DNA from: a virus
Reading direction: 5' to 3' (one strand)
Virus genome (UHGV): UHGV-1365300
DNA: 46,618 bases
Positions within the stretch are counted from its first letter, which is position 1. The number at the start of each line of letters is the position of its first letter. The notes beneath the pieces are model-generated. The model saw only the letters and a list, made by a program, of their open reading frames with translations, did not search any database and was not told the origin of the DNA. Below, one piece after another: positions 37,250 through 44,731 of the stretch. Both the position numbers and the translations under genes were made by a program.

Positions 37250-37278
37250 CATGCCCCGGCAGCGGGGCTTTTCTTATC
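37250..37278 (+). terminator. Intrinsic terminator GCCCCG-GCAG-CGGGGC + TTTTCTTATC
   Basis: After the stop at 37244. Overlaps the TerL 3' end. Confidence 0.7.
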
Positions 37279-38698
37279 TCCTGCTCCTCCTAATCCACCC
37301 GGAGCCACGCTGCACGATGTAATCATTTAACGCATAGCGCACCGCATCCCAATAATGGTTGTATTTGTCTACTATTTCGGTGAGCACCAGGCCTGTATTC
37401 TTGTCAACCTTGTGGCTGTACATCGCAGCCTCATTTTTCATTTCCGTGCATCGGTCGTGAATGATGATGTTATCGCAACCCCTGAGCCAGGTGACGCCAT
37501 CCTCAACGCTGCCGGGCCACTTGTTGCAGGGGTGAATGTCAAATCCTGCACGCTTAATATGGCTGATTGTTTCGGGCCTTGATGAGTCAGCATACCAGCG
37601 AGCCTTGCGTGCCATCGGAAATGCCTGGTCCATTGCTGCCGGATGGTCGGTAATCTCAAGATGAACCTTGCCATACTCACGATTAATATAAACGTTGCGC
37701 CGGTCGCCGGGTAGGTTTTCCACCCAAACCTCAACCATTGCGGCAGGGTCGCCAGAGAAACCGAAGTCCATGCCATGATATGGCCCATTCCATTCAGGTT
37801 TAACCTCAAACGATGCTGTGCGCCATTTACCACCAAATACCTGCTCATCGCTGCGCTTATTAAATTTTCCTTCCCAAATCCAGAGATAGCGATCGAAGTC
37901 GACCGACTTCATCTTCTCCATGGACGTCGGGAGCGGGGTGTCATGAAACCACGGGTTGTCGCGGTAATTACACTCAATGATTAGTGTGTCATCATCCTCA
38001 TAGATGCCATCAACCATCTTGTTGTAATAAGGCGCCACCCACTGAGTCCATGTGGCATCGGTTTCTTTGTTGGGGTTAAACGTCACCCATATTTCAGAGC
38101 CTTCTGCTCGGATAGTCGGCTCAAGGATGTCCCACGATGCCTGACTGACGTTTTCGGCTTCTTCTACCCACGCTTTCGATATCCCGGCAAAACCCTTTAC
38201 ACCGGTGATATTGCGATAAAGCCCACGGAACCTGAATTTTGATTTCGTTCGTTTGTGGGTTATCTTGCCGTCGATACAGCGATATTCTGATGATTCGCCT
38301 TTGCGGTCGATTTCATCTACCAGCTCCTGATAACTGGAGTCCTCGATAGACTGCTGAATTTCGCGGAAGCAGCCAATACGCTCCGGCCTGAATCGCGCGG
38401 ACTCGGTGAGTATGGTTGCCACGGTACGGGTCTTTGTTGATGCACGACCACCAAAGACGACCTTATTACGCTTCGGATAAAGCAGCCTTTCGAGTTTTGC
38501 GGGGATTAAGTGGTCGGCCTGCGTGGTTGCATGGGTGACATCTTCAACGCCGTTAGCGGTCATTCTGAGGCGCTTGACGACGTTCTTCTGCATGTCGCAG
38601 ATGCCGAAGATGGCCGACTCAGCAACATCGGTCATCGCATCATCCACCTGCGCCTCAAGCTTTTCGATTGCCAGTACGGACAGGCGTTTACGAGCCAT
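37274..38698 (-). CDS. Terminase large subunit
   Basis: N-terminal ATPase region (KRNKVVFGGRASTKTRTVA), C-terminal nuclease region. The track start is a TTG at 38716. ATG at 38698 preferred. Confidence 0.85.
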   Translation of the reverse strand: MARKRLSVLAIEKLEAQVDDAMTDVAESAIFGICDMQKNVVKRLRMTANGVEDVTHATTQADHLIPAKLERLLYPKRNKVVFGGRASTKTRTVATILTESARFRPERIGCFREIQQSIEDSSYQELVDEIDRKGESSEYRCIDGKITHKRTKSKFRFRGLYRNITGVKGFAGISKAWVEEAENVSQASWDILEPTIRAEGSEIWVTFNPNKETDATWTQWVAPYYNKMVDGIYEDDDTLIIECNYRDNPWFHDTPLPTSMEKMKSVDFDRYLWIWEGKFNKRSDEQVFGGKWRTASFEVKPEWNGPYHGMDFGFSGDPAAMVEVWVENLPGDRRNVYINREYGKVHLEITDHPAAMDQAFPMARKARWYADSSRPETISHIKRAGFDIHPCNKWPGSVEDGVTWLRGCDNIIIHDRCTEMKNEAAMYSHKVDKNTGLVLTEIVDKYNHYWDAVRYALNDYIVQRGSGWIRRSRR

Positions 38699-38843
38699 GT
38701 CGGGAGGTTCCCACAATAGTAATTATTGTCGCTGACATCATGAACATGATGCCCCATGTCGCAAATGCAATCTCGTTTGACTTATCGCCCATAGCAAACA
38801 TGAGCATGGCGCAGACCATTAGTGACATTGATATTTTAAACAT
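38697..38843 (-). CDS. Small membrane peptide, about 48 aa
   Basis: MFKISMSLMVCAMLMFAMGDKSNEIAFATWGIMFMMSATIITIVG... Stop overlaps the TerL start. Below the track cutoff. Confidence 0.3.
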
Positions 38844-38991
38844 ATTTCACCCTCGCAAAAGCAATAACCCAACCAATGCACCAGAACATCAAGCCAAAGA
38901 TGCTTCCAGTAAAATCATTAGTTGGTAGAGTTATGCTCGTTAAGCTCATAATAATTGATGCTAAAAAGCAAGCCATGATGCTCTTATCCAT
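38836..38991 (-). CDS. Small two-TM membrane protein, 51 aa
   Basis: MDKSIMACFLASIIMSLTSITLPTNDFTGSIFGLMFWCIGWVIAFARVKYV. Start overlaps the TerS stop. Confidence 0.35.
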   Translation of the reverse strand: MDKSIMACFLASIIMSLTSITLPTNDFTGSIFGLMFWCIGWVIAFARVKYV

Positions 38992-39463
38992 TCTGTTGCT
39001 CCAGTAGCTTCTCCAGTCGCTCAAGGCGTGCCGCAAGCTCTGTTACCTCTTCGATATCAAGCCCGGCCCTCAGAATGTCCGCCATCATCTTGCCAATGTC
39101 GGCTGGAACAACGCCAGTAGAGACACCCTTGATAATCGCATCCATTTTCTGCACAGGTGTGCCGTCAGCAGGAAAATCAAACTCAACAGGGGGCGCTACA
39201 GGCTTTGGAATTGGGTTCAGTCGCAGGAATATCTCACGCAGCATGCCGGTAGCCTGAGCGTCTTCGCATGTCATCGCCTTGTTGATGTAGTACGTGACGA
39301 ATTCAATCTCATTCATCGGCGTATTTGCAGCACGCAATGCTTCAAGAAGCACTGTTCTGTAGCTTTTTCCTCTTGGTGGCGGCTGATTGCTGGATGAAAA
39401 TTTGTGCTTAGGGTTCGGATTTGCCATTTTATATGTGTCCTTTGAGTAACTCACATAGGACAT
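38984..39463 (-). CDS. Terminase small subunit (by position and size)
   Basis: 159-aa ORF immediately upstream of TerL on the same strand. Basic N-terminal region, C-terminal coiled coil. Confidence 0.5.
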   Translation of the reverse strand: MSYVSYSKDTYKMANPNPKHKFSSSNQPPPRGKSYRTVLLEALRAANTPMNEIEFVTYYINKAMTCEDAQATGMLREIFLRLNPIPKPVAPPVEFDFPADGTPVQKMDAIIKGVSTGVVPADIGKMMADILRAGLDIEEVTELAARLERLEKLLEQQNG

Positions 39464-39474
39464 ATCTTACCACA

Positions 39475-39503
39475 TGGCGTAGATAAAAAAGAAGCCAGCG
39501 CAA
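39475..39503 (-). terminator. Intrinsic terminator on the - strand (GAAGCCAGC-GCAAT-GCTGGCTT + T6)
   Basis: Between the HNH gene and TerS. Confidence 0.6.
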
Positions 39504-39544
39504 TGCTGGCTTAAAGGGTGGTGAGGTGATGATCAATGAAGCTA

Positions 39545-40027
39545 TTATACACCATGATTATCGTGAAACCCATACTCTTCTTCTGCTTTCTTTCTTGCCA
39601 GCTCCGCGTCAAGTATGTCGCTGAAATATCCAAGATGTATGAAATTCTTGTTAACCCTTATTTTTGCTTGCCACTTTCGCTTATCCTTCCTCCAGTGTAC
39701 GCCAGTTACTCCGCTACTATTGCTGGAGTACTTAGATTTGTTTTTTAGATTCCCTCCCCTATTTGTCAGCCTGAGATTTTCAATCCTGTTATCTCCAGGG
39801 TTATGGTTTATATGGTCAATCTCCAACCCGCCAGTTATAGGGCCATTATGCATTTCCCATATAATTCTATGCGCAAAGTATTTTCGTCCATAGCACCAAA
39901 TCGACGTATATCCTTTTGTCCCTGAGTGGCCTGCAACCTCACCTTTTCTTGCCTTGCGGCCAGTATCCTCCCGCCATATCAGATTTCCGTTGTCGTATTC
40001 AAACAGCTCATTCCAGTCTATTCTTTT
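39545..40027 (-). CDS. HNH homing endonuclease with AP2 domain (second copy, diverged)
   Basis: ...GGLEIDHINHNPGDNRIENLRLTNRGGN... and SGVTGVHWRKDKRKWQAKIRVNKNFIHLGYFSDILDAELARKKA. Start ATG 40027 with GGAGCGGTAAGTG upstream. Track ORF runs to 40096. Confidence 0.8.
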   Translation of the reverse strand, partial: KRIDWNELFEYDNGNLIWREDTGRKARKGEVAGHSGTKGYTSIWCYGRKYFAHRIIWEMHNGPITGGLEIDHINHNPGDNRIENLRLTNRGGNLKNKSKYSSNSSGVTGVHWRKDKRKWQAKIRVNKNFIHLGYFSDILDAELARKKAEEEYGFHDNHGV

Positions 40028-40190
40028 CATCACACTTACCGCTCCTGCACCACAAATCATTGCGTGGGGATTTAACGTGAACCACCTCAATAGCATCAGG
40101 GAAGGCTTTTGCGATTGCTGCTATGAAGTGGTCAACACTTTCGAGTTTAGCCTTCTGCCACACCTCCTGCTTTGATTTTTGGGGCATCAC
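40008..40190 (-). CDS. Hypothetical protein, 60 aa
   Basis: Track ORF in the leftward early block. Confidence 0.3.
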   Translation of the reverse strand: MMPQKSKQEVWQKAKLESVDHFIAAIAKAFPDAIEVVHVKSPRNDLWCRSGKCDEKNRLE

Positions 40191-40349
40191 TGATACCTCG
40201 TCGTTGAGTACATATGCCGAAGCATACTGTTATGTTCAACCACCATCATCATACTGCCAACCTGAATCACGTCATGATGCTTTCCGGTCTCCTCATAAAG
40301 AAAGTCAGCTTCTTCGCATGCAGCCTGAATATCGCTCCACAGCATAAAT
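40191..40349 (-). CDS. Hypothetical protein, 52 aa
   Basis: MLWSDIQAACEEADFLYEETGKHHDVIQ... with GTGAGGTGA RBS. Below the track cutoff. Confidence 0.3.
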
Positions 40350-40446
40350 CACCTCACGATAAAGTAGACGGCTAATGCAGCAGCAATCCAGAATGCAACG
40401 CATGCTATAGCAATAAGCCTGCGGATGATGCAGGGTTTCATGGGTT

Positions 40447-41133
40447 TCATGGTTTTCCCTCCTTTGGTGCGGCTGGCAGCGGCATCCAGTGAGTAGCCGG
40501 TAACTCGCGGCCGGAAATAACTGACGTGAAGAAACGATAATTTGCAGCAGAGCACTCCATTTCGCCAACGTTAACCACCACTCCCATTGCGGTAAGCACG
40601 ATATCGCCAATTTCCGGCATCTGCTCGCTTACCGGAATCCATTTACCCGGCACGGTAGCGGGTTCACTGCCGGGTGACTGCGGGGCGGCTGCGAGCATGG
40701 CGGCGCGGCGGTTTACCACCTCGATGAGCGCCTCTTCGGCATCACACAGGCAATCAGTAATACCGCGGCGATCGCCGTCGAAGTCATTCAGGTCGAGGCG
40801 TATACGAGCAACCTTCTGCAATGCGTCCAGCACATCATCCGGCACTACCGGCGCTGGCTGCGCGTGGCGATAGAGCTTCTCTCCTGGCCCCAGTGGGCAT
40901 AGCATCCTGATGGATGGACCAAGAGGTGCGCATATTCCTGCATTCTGTGGCTGATACACCTCGGCCACCGGCTCGCTGTCCATTGCGGCCAGCGCCAGTT
41001 CAGCAAGCTGCAGGTCAGCCAATATTTCTTCTCGTGCGCTTTCGAATGCTGTCTGTCGTGATGCCATTTTCAGCGCTTTGACGTTTTCACGAGCGCGTTC
41101 GTGAAGCTGCTCTCTGGTTAATTTGCTGGTCAT
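40447..41133 (-). CDS. Protein with C-terminal DUF551-like domain
   Basis: 228 aa. C-terminus GKWIPVSEQMPEIGDIVLTAMG...THWMPLPAAP is the DUF551 pattern. Confidence 0.5.
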   Translation of the reverse strand: MTSKLTREQLHERARENVKALKMASRQTAFESAREEILADLQLAELALAAMDSEPVAEVYQPQNAGICAPLGPSIRMLCPLGPGEKLYRHAQPAPVVPDDVLDALQKVARIRLDLNDFDGDRRGITDCLCDAEEALIEVVNRRAAMLAAAPQSPGSEPATVPGKWIPVSEQMPEIGDIVLTAMGVVVNVGEMECSAANYRFFTSVISGRELPATHWMPLPAAPKEGKP

Positions 41134-41645
41134 TGGTTGGCTTCTTCTGCTGCCCGGCTCACTATCACGCCGTCGTATACTTCTTTGAGGTGGCCGCGTA
41201 AGTCCATGCGACGGAGCGCGCTAAACATGTAATCGCATTCCGCCTGTTTGTTAGCCTGAAACGGCTTGCTGTCCCGGTTAACCCACTCCCAGTTGCCAGG
41301 CCAGCCGTGAACCTTCTTAACCCGACCTTTGACCACGTGAAGCAATCCCCATCCAGGCTGCAAATCCTCAATATTTACGATACCCGGCTCACTAATCATG
41401 AAACGCCAGTCTCCCATGCCCTTCTCGGGTTCAACACGGAAAGGCTTCTTGCGATCGGCCAACAAGTCAGAACGAGAGCATTTAGCCTCAATCAGACAAC
41501 TGGCCCCATTGCGAAAGCCGATTGCATCAGCCTGCTCACCGTATGGCGTCCATGCTCGGAACCGGTCATGAAAGGCCACCTTGAAACCGTTGTTTTGCAG
41601 AAAGCGGCAGGCTATCTGGCAAAGTTCATCGTGTGTCAGTGCCAT
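41130..41645 (-). CDS. PD-(D/E)XK-superfamily-like protein
   Basis: 171 aa with ...ADAIGFRNGASCLIEAKCSRSD (D...E.K core). Confidence 0.45.
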   Translation of the reverse strand: MALTHDELCQIACRFLQNNGFKVAFHDRFRAWTPYGEQADAIGFRNGASCLIEAKCSRSDLLADRKKPFRVEPEKGMGDWRFMISEPGIVNIEDLQPGWGLLHVVKGRVKKVHGWPGNWEWVNRDSKPFQANKQAECDYMFSALRRMDLRGHLKEVYDGVIVSRAAEEANQ

Positions 41646-42107
41646 CTACTCAGCCTCCACCTTGATGCCAGCCGTATGAGCCGCCAGGCATTTATTGAAC
41701 CCGTCGTTGTTATTAGCCAGCCCAAGATTCCAGCCAGCAGTTAAGCCAGCTCTGTAGGCGCTCTCCTGCAAGTTTTCTACAGTGACGGCGCGGGGCTCGC
41801 CATCCAGCGGCGGCAGATCTGGAGTGTTCACACCAAACAGCGCCGCCAGTGCGCGATAGTTCTGCTCGCTGTGATAGCGACCTTTGCAGCGGACCAGCTT
41901 TTCGGCTGCAGCGTTGATGGTCTGCGCCTTCTCCAGCTTTTCACCGGTCGACTTAGCTGTTTTTCTCCACGTTGCGCAAATACGTTTCTCTGATTCCAGT
42001 GCCTCTACCAGCTCCATGGTCTCCGCCGGGGAAAGATGCTCCCCACATTCAGCGTTGATTCTGGCTCTCTGCACCAGTTCGGTGATATCAGTTGTCATGC
42101 TCGCCAT
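41646..42107 (-). CDS. Hypothetical protein, 153 aa
   Basis: Early-block ORF. Confidence 0.45.
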   Translation of the reverse strand: MASMTTDITELVQRARINAECGEHLSPAETMELVEALESEKRICATWRKTAKSTGEKLEKAQTINAAAEKLVRCKGRYHSEQNYRALAALFGVNTPDLPPLDGEPRAVTVENLQESAYRAGLTAGWNLGLANNNDGFNKCLAAHTAGIKVEAE

Positions 42108-42739
42108 CCTTCGCAGCTATAATTGCTGCATCCATCAAAGTCGTATGGGTTGTATTGCCAGGTAATGCGGCCACAATGTGGGCAGTTCCAGCGAACCTTT
42201 CCACTTTTTGCCTTCTGTCTGCGATTGTATTTTTTTAGCCATTCAGGCATCACCAGTCCGGCACCTTGAACCATAGTTCGGCGGTTGAAATCATTGATAT
42301 TGAACGTGCGGCGCTTTACTGCATCTGCCATATGGAAGGGCAGCCACACAACGCCTGGCTCATCCGTGTTGGCGGATACAAAAACGAATGCCTTGCTGAA
42401 ATCATCGGTTGGCAACCCTCCGCTTTGTAACCAGTAAACATCGTTCCCGTTCCAGTCACCTTTTTTATACGCAACGTATGCGCTGCAACCTTGCTCAACC
42501 ACGCTATCGCATGGGATGTACTGGCAATCCACATGCCATACAGCCAGGGCATCAACAGCATCAGCGCAAATCGGCTGGTCAATCTCTCTCCCGTAGTCCC
42601 AGCATCTCTGCGCCTCTTCCTGCGTATAAACGTGCGCGCGGTCGATATTGGAGCTGTATCCGTTTCCGTTATGGCAATGAAACGAGGTGTTGCTCCCCAC
42701 AGTTTCTCGCGTGCAAAGCATGTAAAAACGGTTGCTCAT
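42095..42739 (-). CDS. Hypothetical protein, 214 aa, with C-terminal zinc ribbon (CPHCG...C..C)
   Basis: Early-block ORF. Confidence 0.45.
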   Translation of the reverse strand: MSNRFYMLCTRETVGSNTSFHCHNGNGYSSNIDRAHVYTQEEAQRCWDYGREIDQPICADAVDALAVWHVDCQYIPCDSVVEQGCSAYVAYKKGDWNGNDVYWLQSGGLPTDDFSKAFVFVSANTDEPGVVWLPFHMADAVKRRTFNINDFNRRTMVQGAGLVMPEWLKKYNRRQKAKSGKVRWNCPHCGRITWQYNPYDFDGCSNYSCEGWRA

Positions 42740-43314
42740 TTCCCGGCCCCCTCGCGCAGCTGCTTGGCGAAGTCGTCGGCAGCAATTGCAACCCCTTTTG
42801 CTAAAGCGTCAAAAAACTGGTCATCACCAGGAATTCGAAGTTTTGCCGCGAACTCCTCCACCCCATCAGCCTTAATTCCGGCTTCGATGTGATCGGTGGC
42901 TGGGGTTTCTACTGCCGGCAGAAGCGTGTAATCGCACCATTCTTCGATGTGTGACGGAACATTATCGTCTTCGGTAACAGGACGGAGGCCAGTCATGGAT
43001 GCGCGTTGCATCACGATCCCCCACACGACACTTCCTACTTCATCAGACCATCCATCACATGCCTGGTCGCGGAAGTCTGCAATCTCAGCTTCAGCAAACT
43101 CCGTTGCTTCTTCTGCCGTATCGAATTCTTCATATCCACACTCACTGCCGTATGCAAAGAATCCTTGCGGACCACCTTTCAGCGCCACATTCTCCGCAGC
43201 CAGTTGCACACACAACTTTGCAACCTTGAGGTATTTTTCCTCTTTGATTGAGAGTTCACCGCCACTCTCAAGGTTTTTAATAATTTCCTGAACTTCGTTA
43301 ATTTCAATATTCAT
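42736..43314 (-). CDS. Acidic hypothetical protein, 192 aa
   Basis: Early-block ORF. Confidence 0.45.
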   Translation of the reverse strand: MNIEINEVQEIIKNLESGGELSIKEEKYLKVAKLCVQLAAENVALKGGPQGFFAYGSECGYEEFDTAEEATEFAEAEIADFRDQACDGWSDEVGSVVWGIVMQRASMTGLRPVTEDDNVPSHIEEWCDYTLLPAVETPATDHIEAGIKADGVEEFAAKLRIPGDDQFFDALAKGVAIAADDFAKQLREGAGK

Positions 43315-43426
43315 AAATCCTCACTTAACCGCCTGTAAACGTTCAAGCTCACGCATCAGCGCAGATACCCGGCGTTGCCGCAAAGTCTCCGCATGCTCTT
43401 TTGCCTGCTGCTCATCAAGCCAGTAT

Positions 43427-43600
43427 TCAACGTTTAAAGTAAACATCGCCAACCACAGCAACCTGCCCATCAGCAAACAACTGTGCGCTTTCGTACTTCT
43501 GAATGCCACGGGTCAGCGCGTACTTCGTGACCCATATAGTCTCAGCGCTTGCCGCGTTAGCGATAACCAGTAAAGCCACTGCCAGTAATTTATTCATCGT
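43427..43600 (-). CDS. Small exported protein with signal peptide (MNKLLAVALLVIANAASA-ETIW...), 57 aa
   Basis: Found by hand. Overlaps track ORF 43321..43509 in another frame. Textbook signal peptide. Confidence 0.4.
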   Translation of the reverse strand, partial: TMNKLLAVALLVIANAASAETIWVTKYALTRGIQKYESAQLFADGQVAVVGDVYFKR

Positions 43601-43612
43601 TGCTAAACCTGT

Positions 43613-43798
43613 TTAGTTTCCACCAGATGACACAATGACCTGCTCGAGTGTTCTGTGCTTACCTTCACCACTAAAAACTCGACAGACGCGCTTACCTTTG
43701 CTGTATGCGTGCATAGCCTGCGCCATCATAAAGTTTTGCGCTTTCACTGTGCCCATTTCTGGTTCCAGTTGAGTGCGCGTGTAGATTGCTTTGGTCAT
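43613..43798 (-). CDS. Hypothetical protein, 61 aa
   Basis: Early-block ORF. Confidence 0.4.
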   Translation of the reverse strand: MTKAIYTRTQLEPEMGTVKAQNFMMAQAMHAYSKGKRVCRVFSGEGKHRTLEQVIVSSGGN

Positions 43799-43865
43799 TT
43801 TTGCTCCTCGAATAATCCATGAATACCATTAAGCCAGAATTGAAAAATAACATCTCCATCATCTT

Positions 43866-44012
43866 ATTTGATCTCAAATCCAATCACTTTATCTTGAGGA
43901 AAGCACCATGAGCCATCGTCTTCATCTCCAGACATAACTTCGTATTTTTTGCCAGTAGTTATGTAATCACTACTTTTTGCGTCAACGCATATCACCACAT
44001 CGCCTTTTTTCA
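43866..44012 (-). CDS. Hypothetical protein, 48 aa; first gene after the leftward promoter
   Basis: MKKGDVVICVDAKSSDYITTGKKYEVMSGDEDDGSWCFPQDKVIGFEI with RBS AAGAGGTGATGAAGA. Confidence 0.35.
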
Positions 44013-44045
44013 TTCTTCATCACCTCTTTGTTGTTGGTGTGGTAA

Positions 44046-44074
44046 CTATACGATGGCGCTCAATCTACGTCAAT
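44046..44074 (-). promoter_or_regulatory. Leftward promoter TTGACG-17-TATAGT (spacer begins TAGATTG) for the early block 44012 down to 39545
   Basis: Reverse complement of 44046-44074. Confidence 0.6.
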
Positions 44075-44099
44075 ATGGTGGTTAAAATAAAATTTGGTT

Positions 44100-44510
44100 A
44101 GTAGTCACTTGCAGTTATCAATTTCATAAGTAATTGATATTTATAGACCACGCTCAACCAATTCAACCCAATATTTTTTTGGATTTAACCATATATAACC
44201 GTTTAGATTCATTAACTTACATGCTGTTCAACCATTTATCCCTTAACCATTTATCCTGAGAGAGATAACTGGAAAAAGTTGGATGTATTTTTGTGCTCAA
44301 AAAAACGCAAAGCAAAAAATGGGTTGAATTGGATAAATACTACTATCTATTGATAATAATAGTAGTAAATACATATACATAGTATGTAAAAACACTTATC
44401 CAAACGCTTATCCAACTTTAACCATTTCAACCCGAAGCACTACCAGCGAACAAGCAGGTAAGGTGTTGCGCCGATTTATTTAATATTTTATAATCACAAA
44501 AAATAAGGAG
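44100..44510. repeat. AT-rich intergenic region with iteron-like and DnaA-box-like repeats
   Basis: Tandem 14-mers TCAACCATTTATCC/TTAACCATTTATCC (44229-44256). TTATCCAAA and TTATCCAAC (44396-44404, 44408-44416). Inverted repeat CCAATTCAACCC (44158-44169) / GGGTTGAATTGG (44321-44332). A-tracts. Confidence 0.5.
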
Positions 44511-44515
44511 GAGTT

Positions 44516-44731
44516 ATGTACAGACCTGGCAGCGATTTGGCTCACGTTTACCATCACGTATCTGGCATTAATGTCAATGAAGTTAAGCTCTTGCCGTCAA
44601 GCGAGATAGTTGGCATGGACATAGCAAGATTCAGGATGAACCTTTCCAAAGTTTCAAAGGATGCTGGCATGATGTTCATCACACGTTTTGATAACCACAA
44701 AGAAATCCTCACCATCAGAAGGATCTCATGA
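44516..44731 (+). CDS. Hypothetical protein, 71 aa
   Basis: Excellent RBS AAGGAGGAG. Stop overlaps the next ATG. Confidence 0.5.
   Translation: MYRPGSDLAHVYHHVSGINVNEVKLLPSSEIVGMDIARFRMNLSKVSKDAGMMFITRFDNHKEILTIRRIS

Noticed and set aside
43692-43883. Track ORF (63 aa, - strand)
   Set aside because: It overlaps the better-supported ORFs 43613..43798 and 43866..44012 in another frame and has no RBS.
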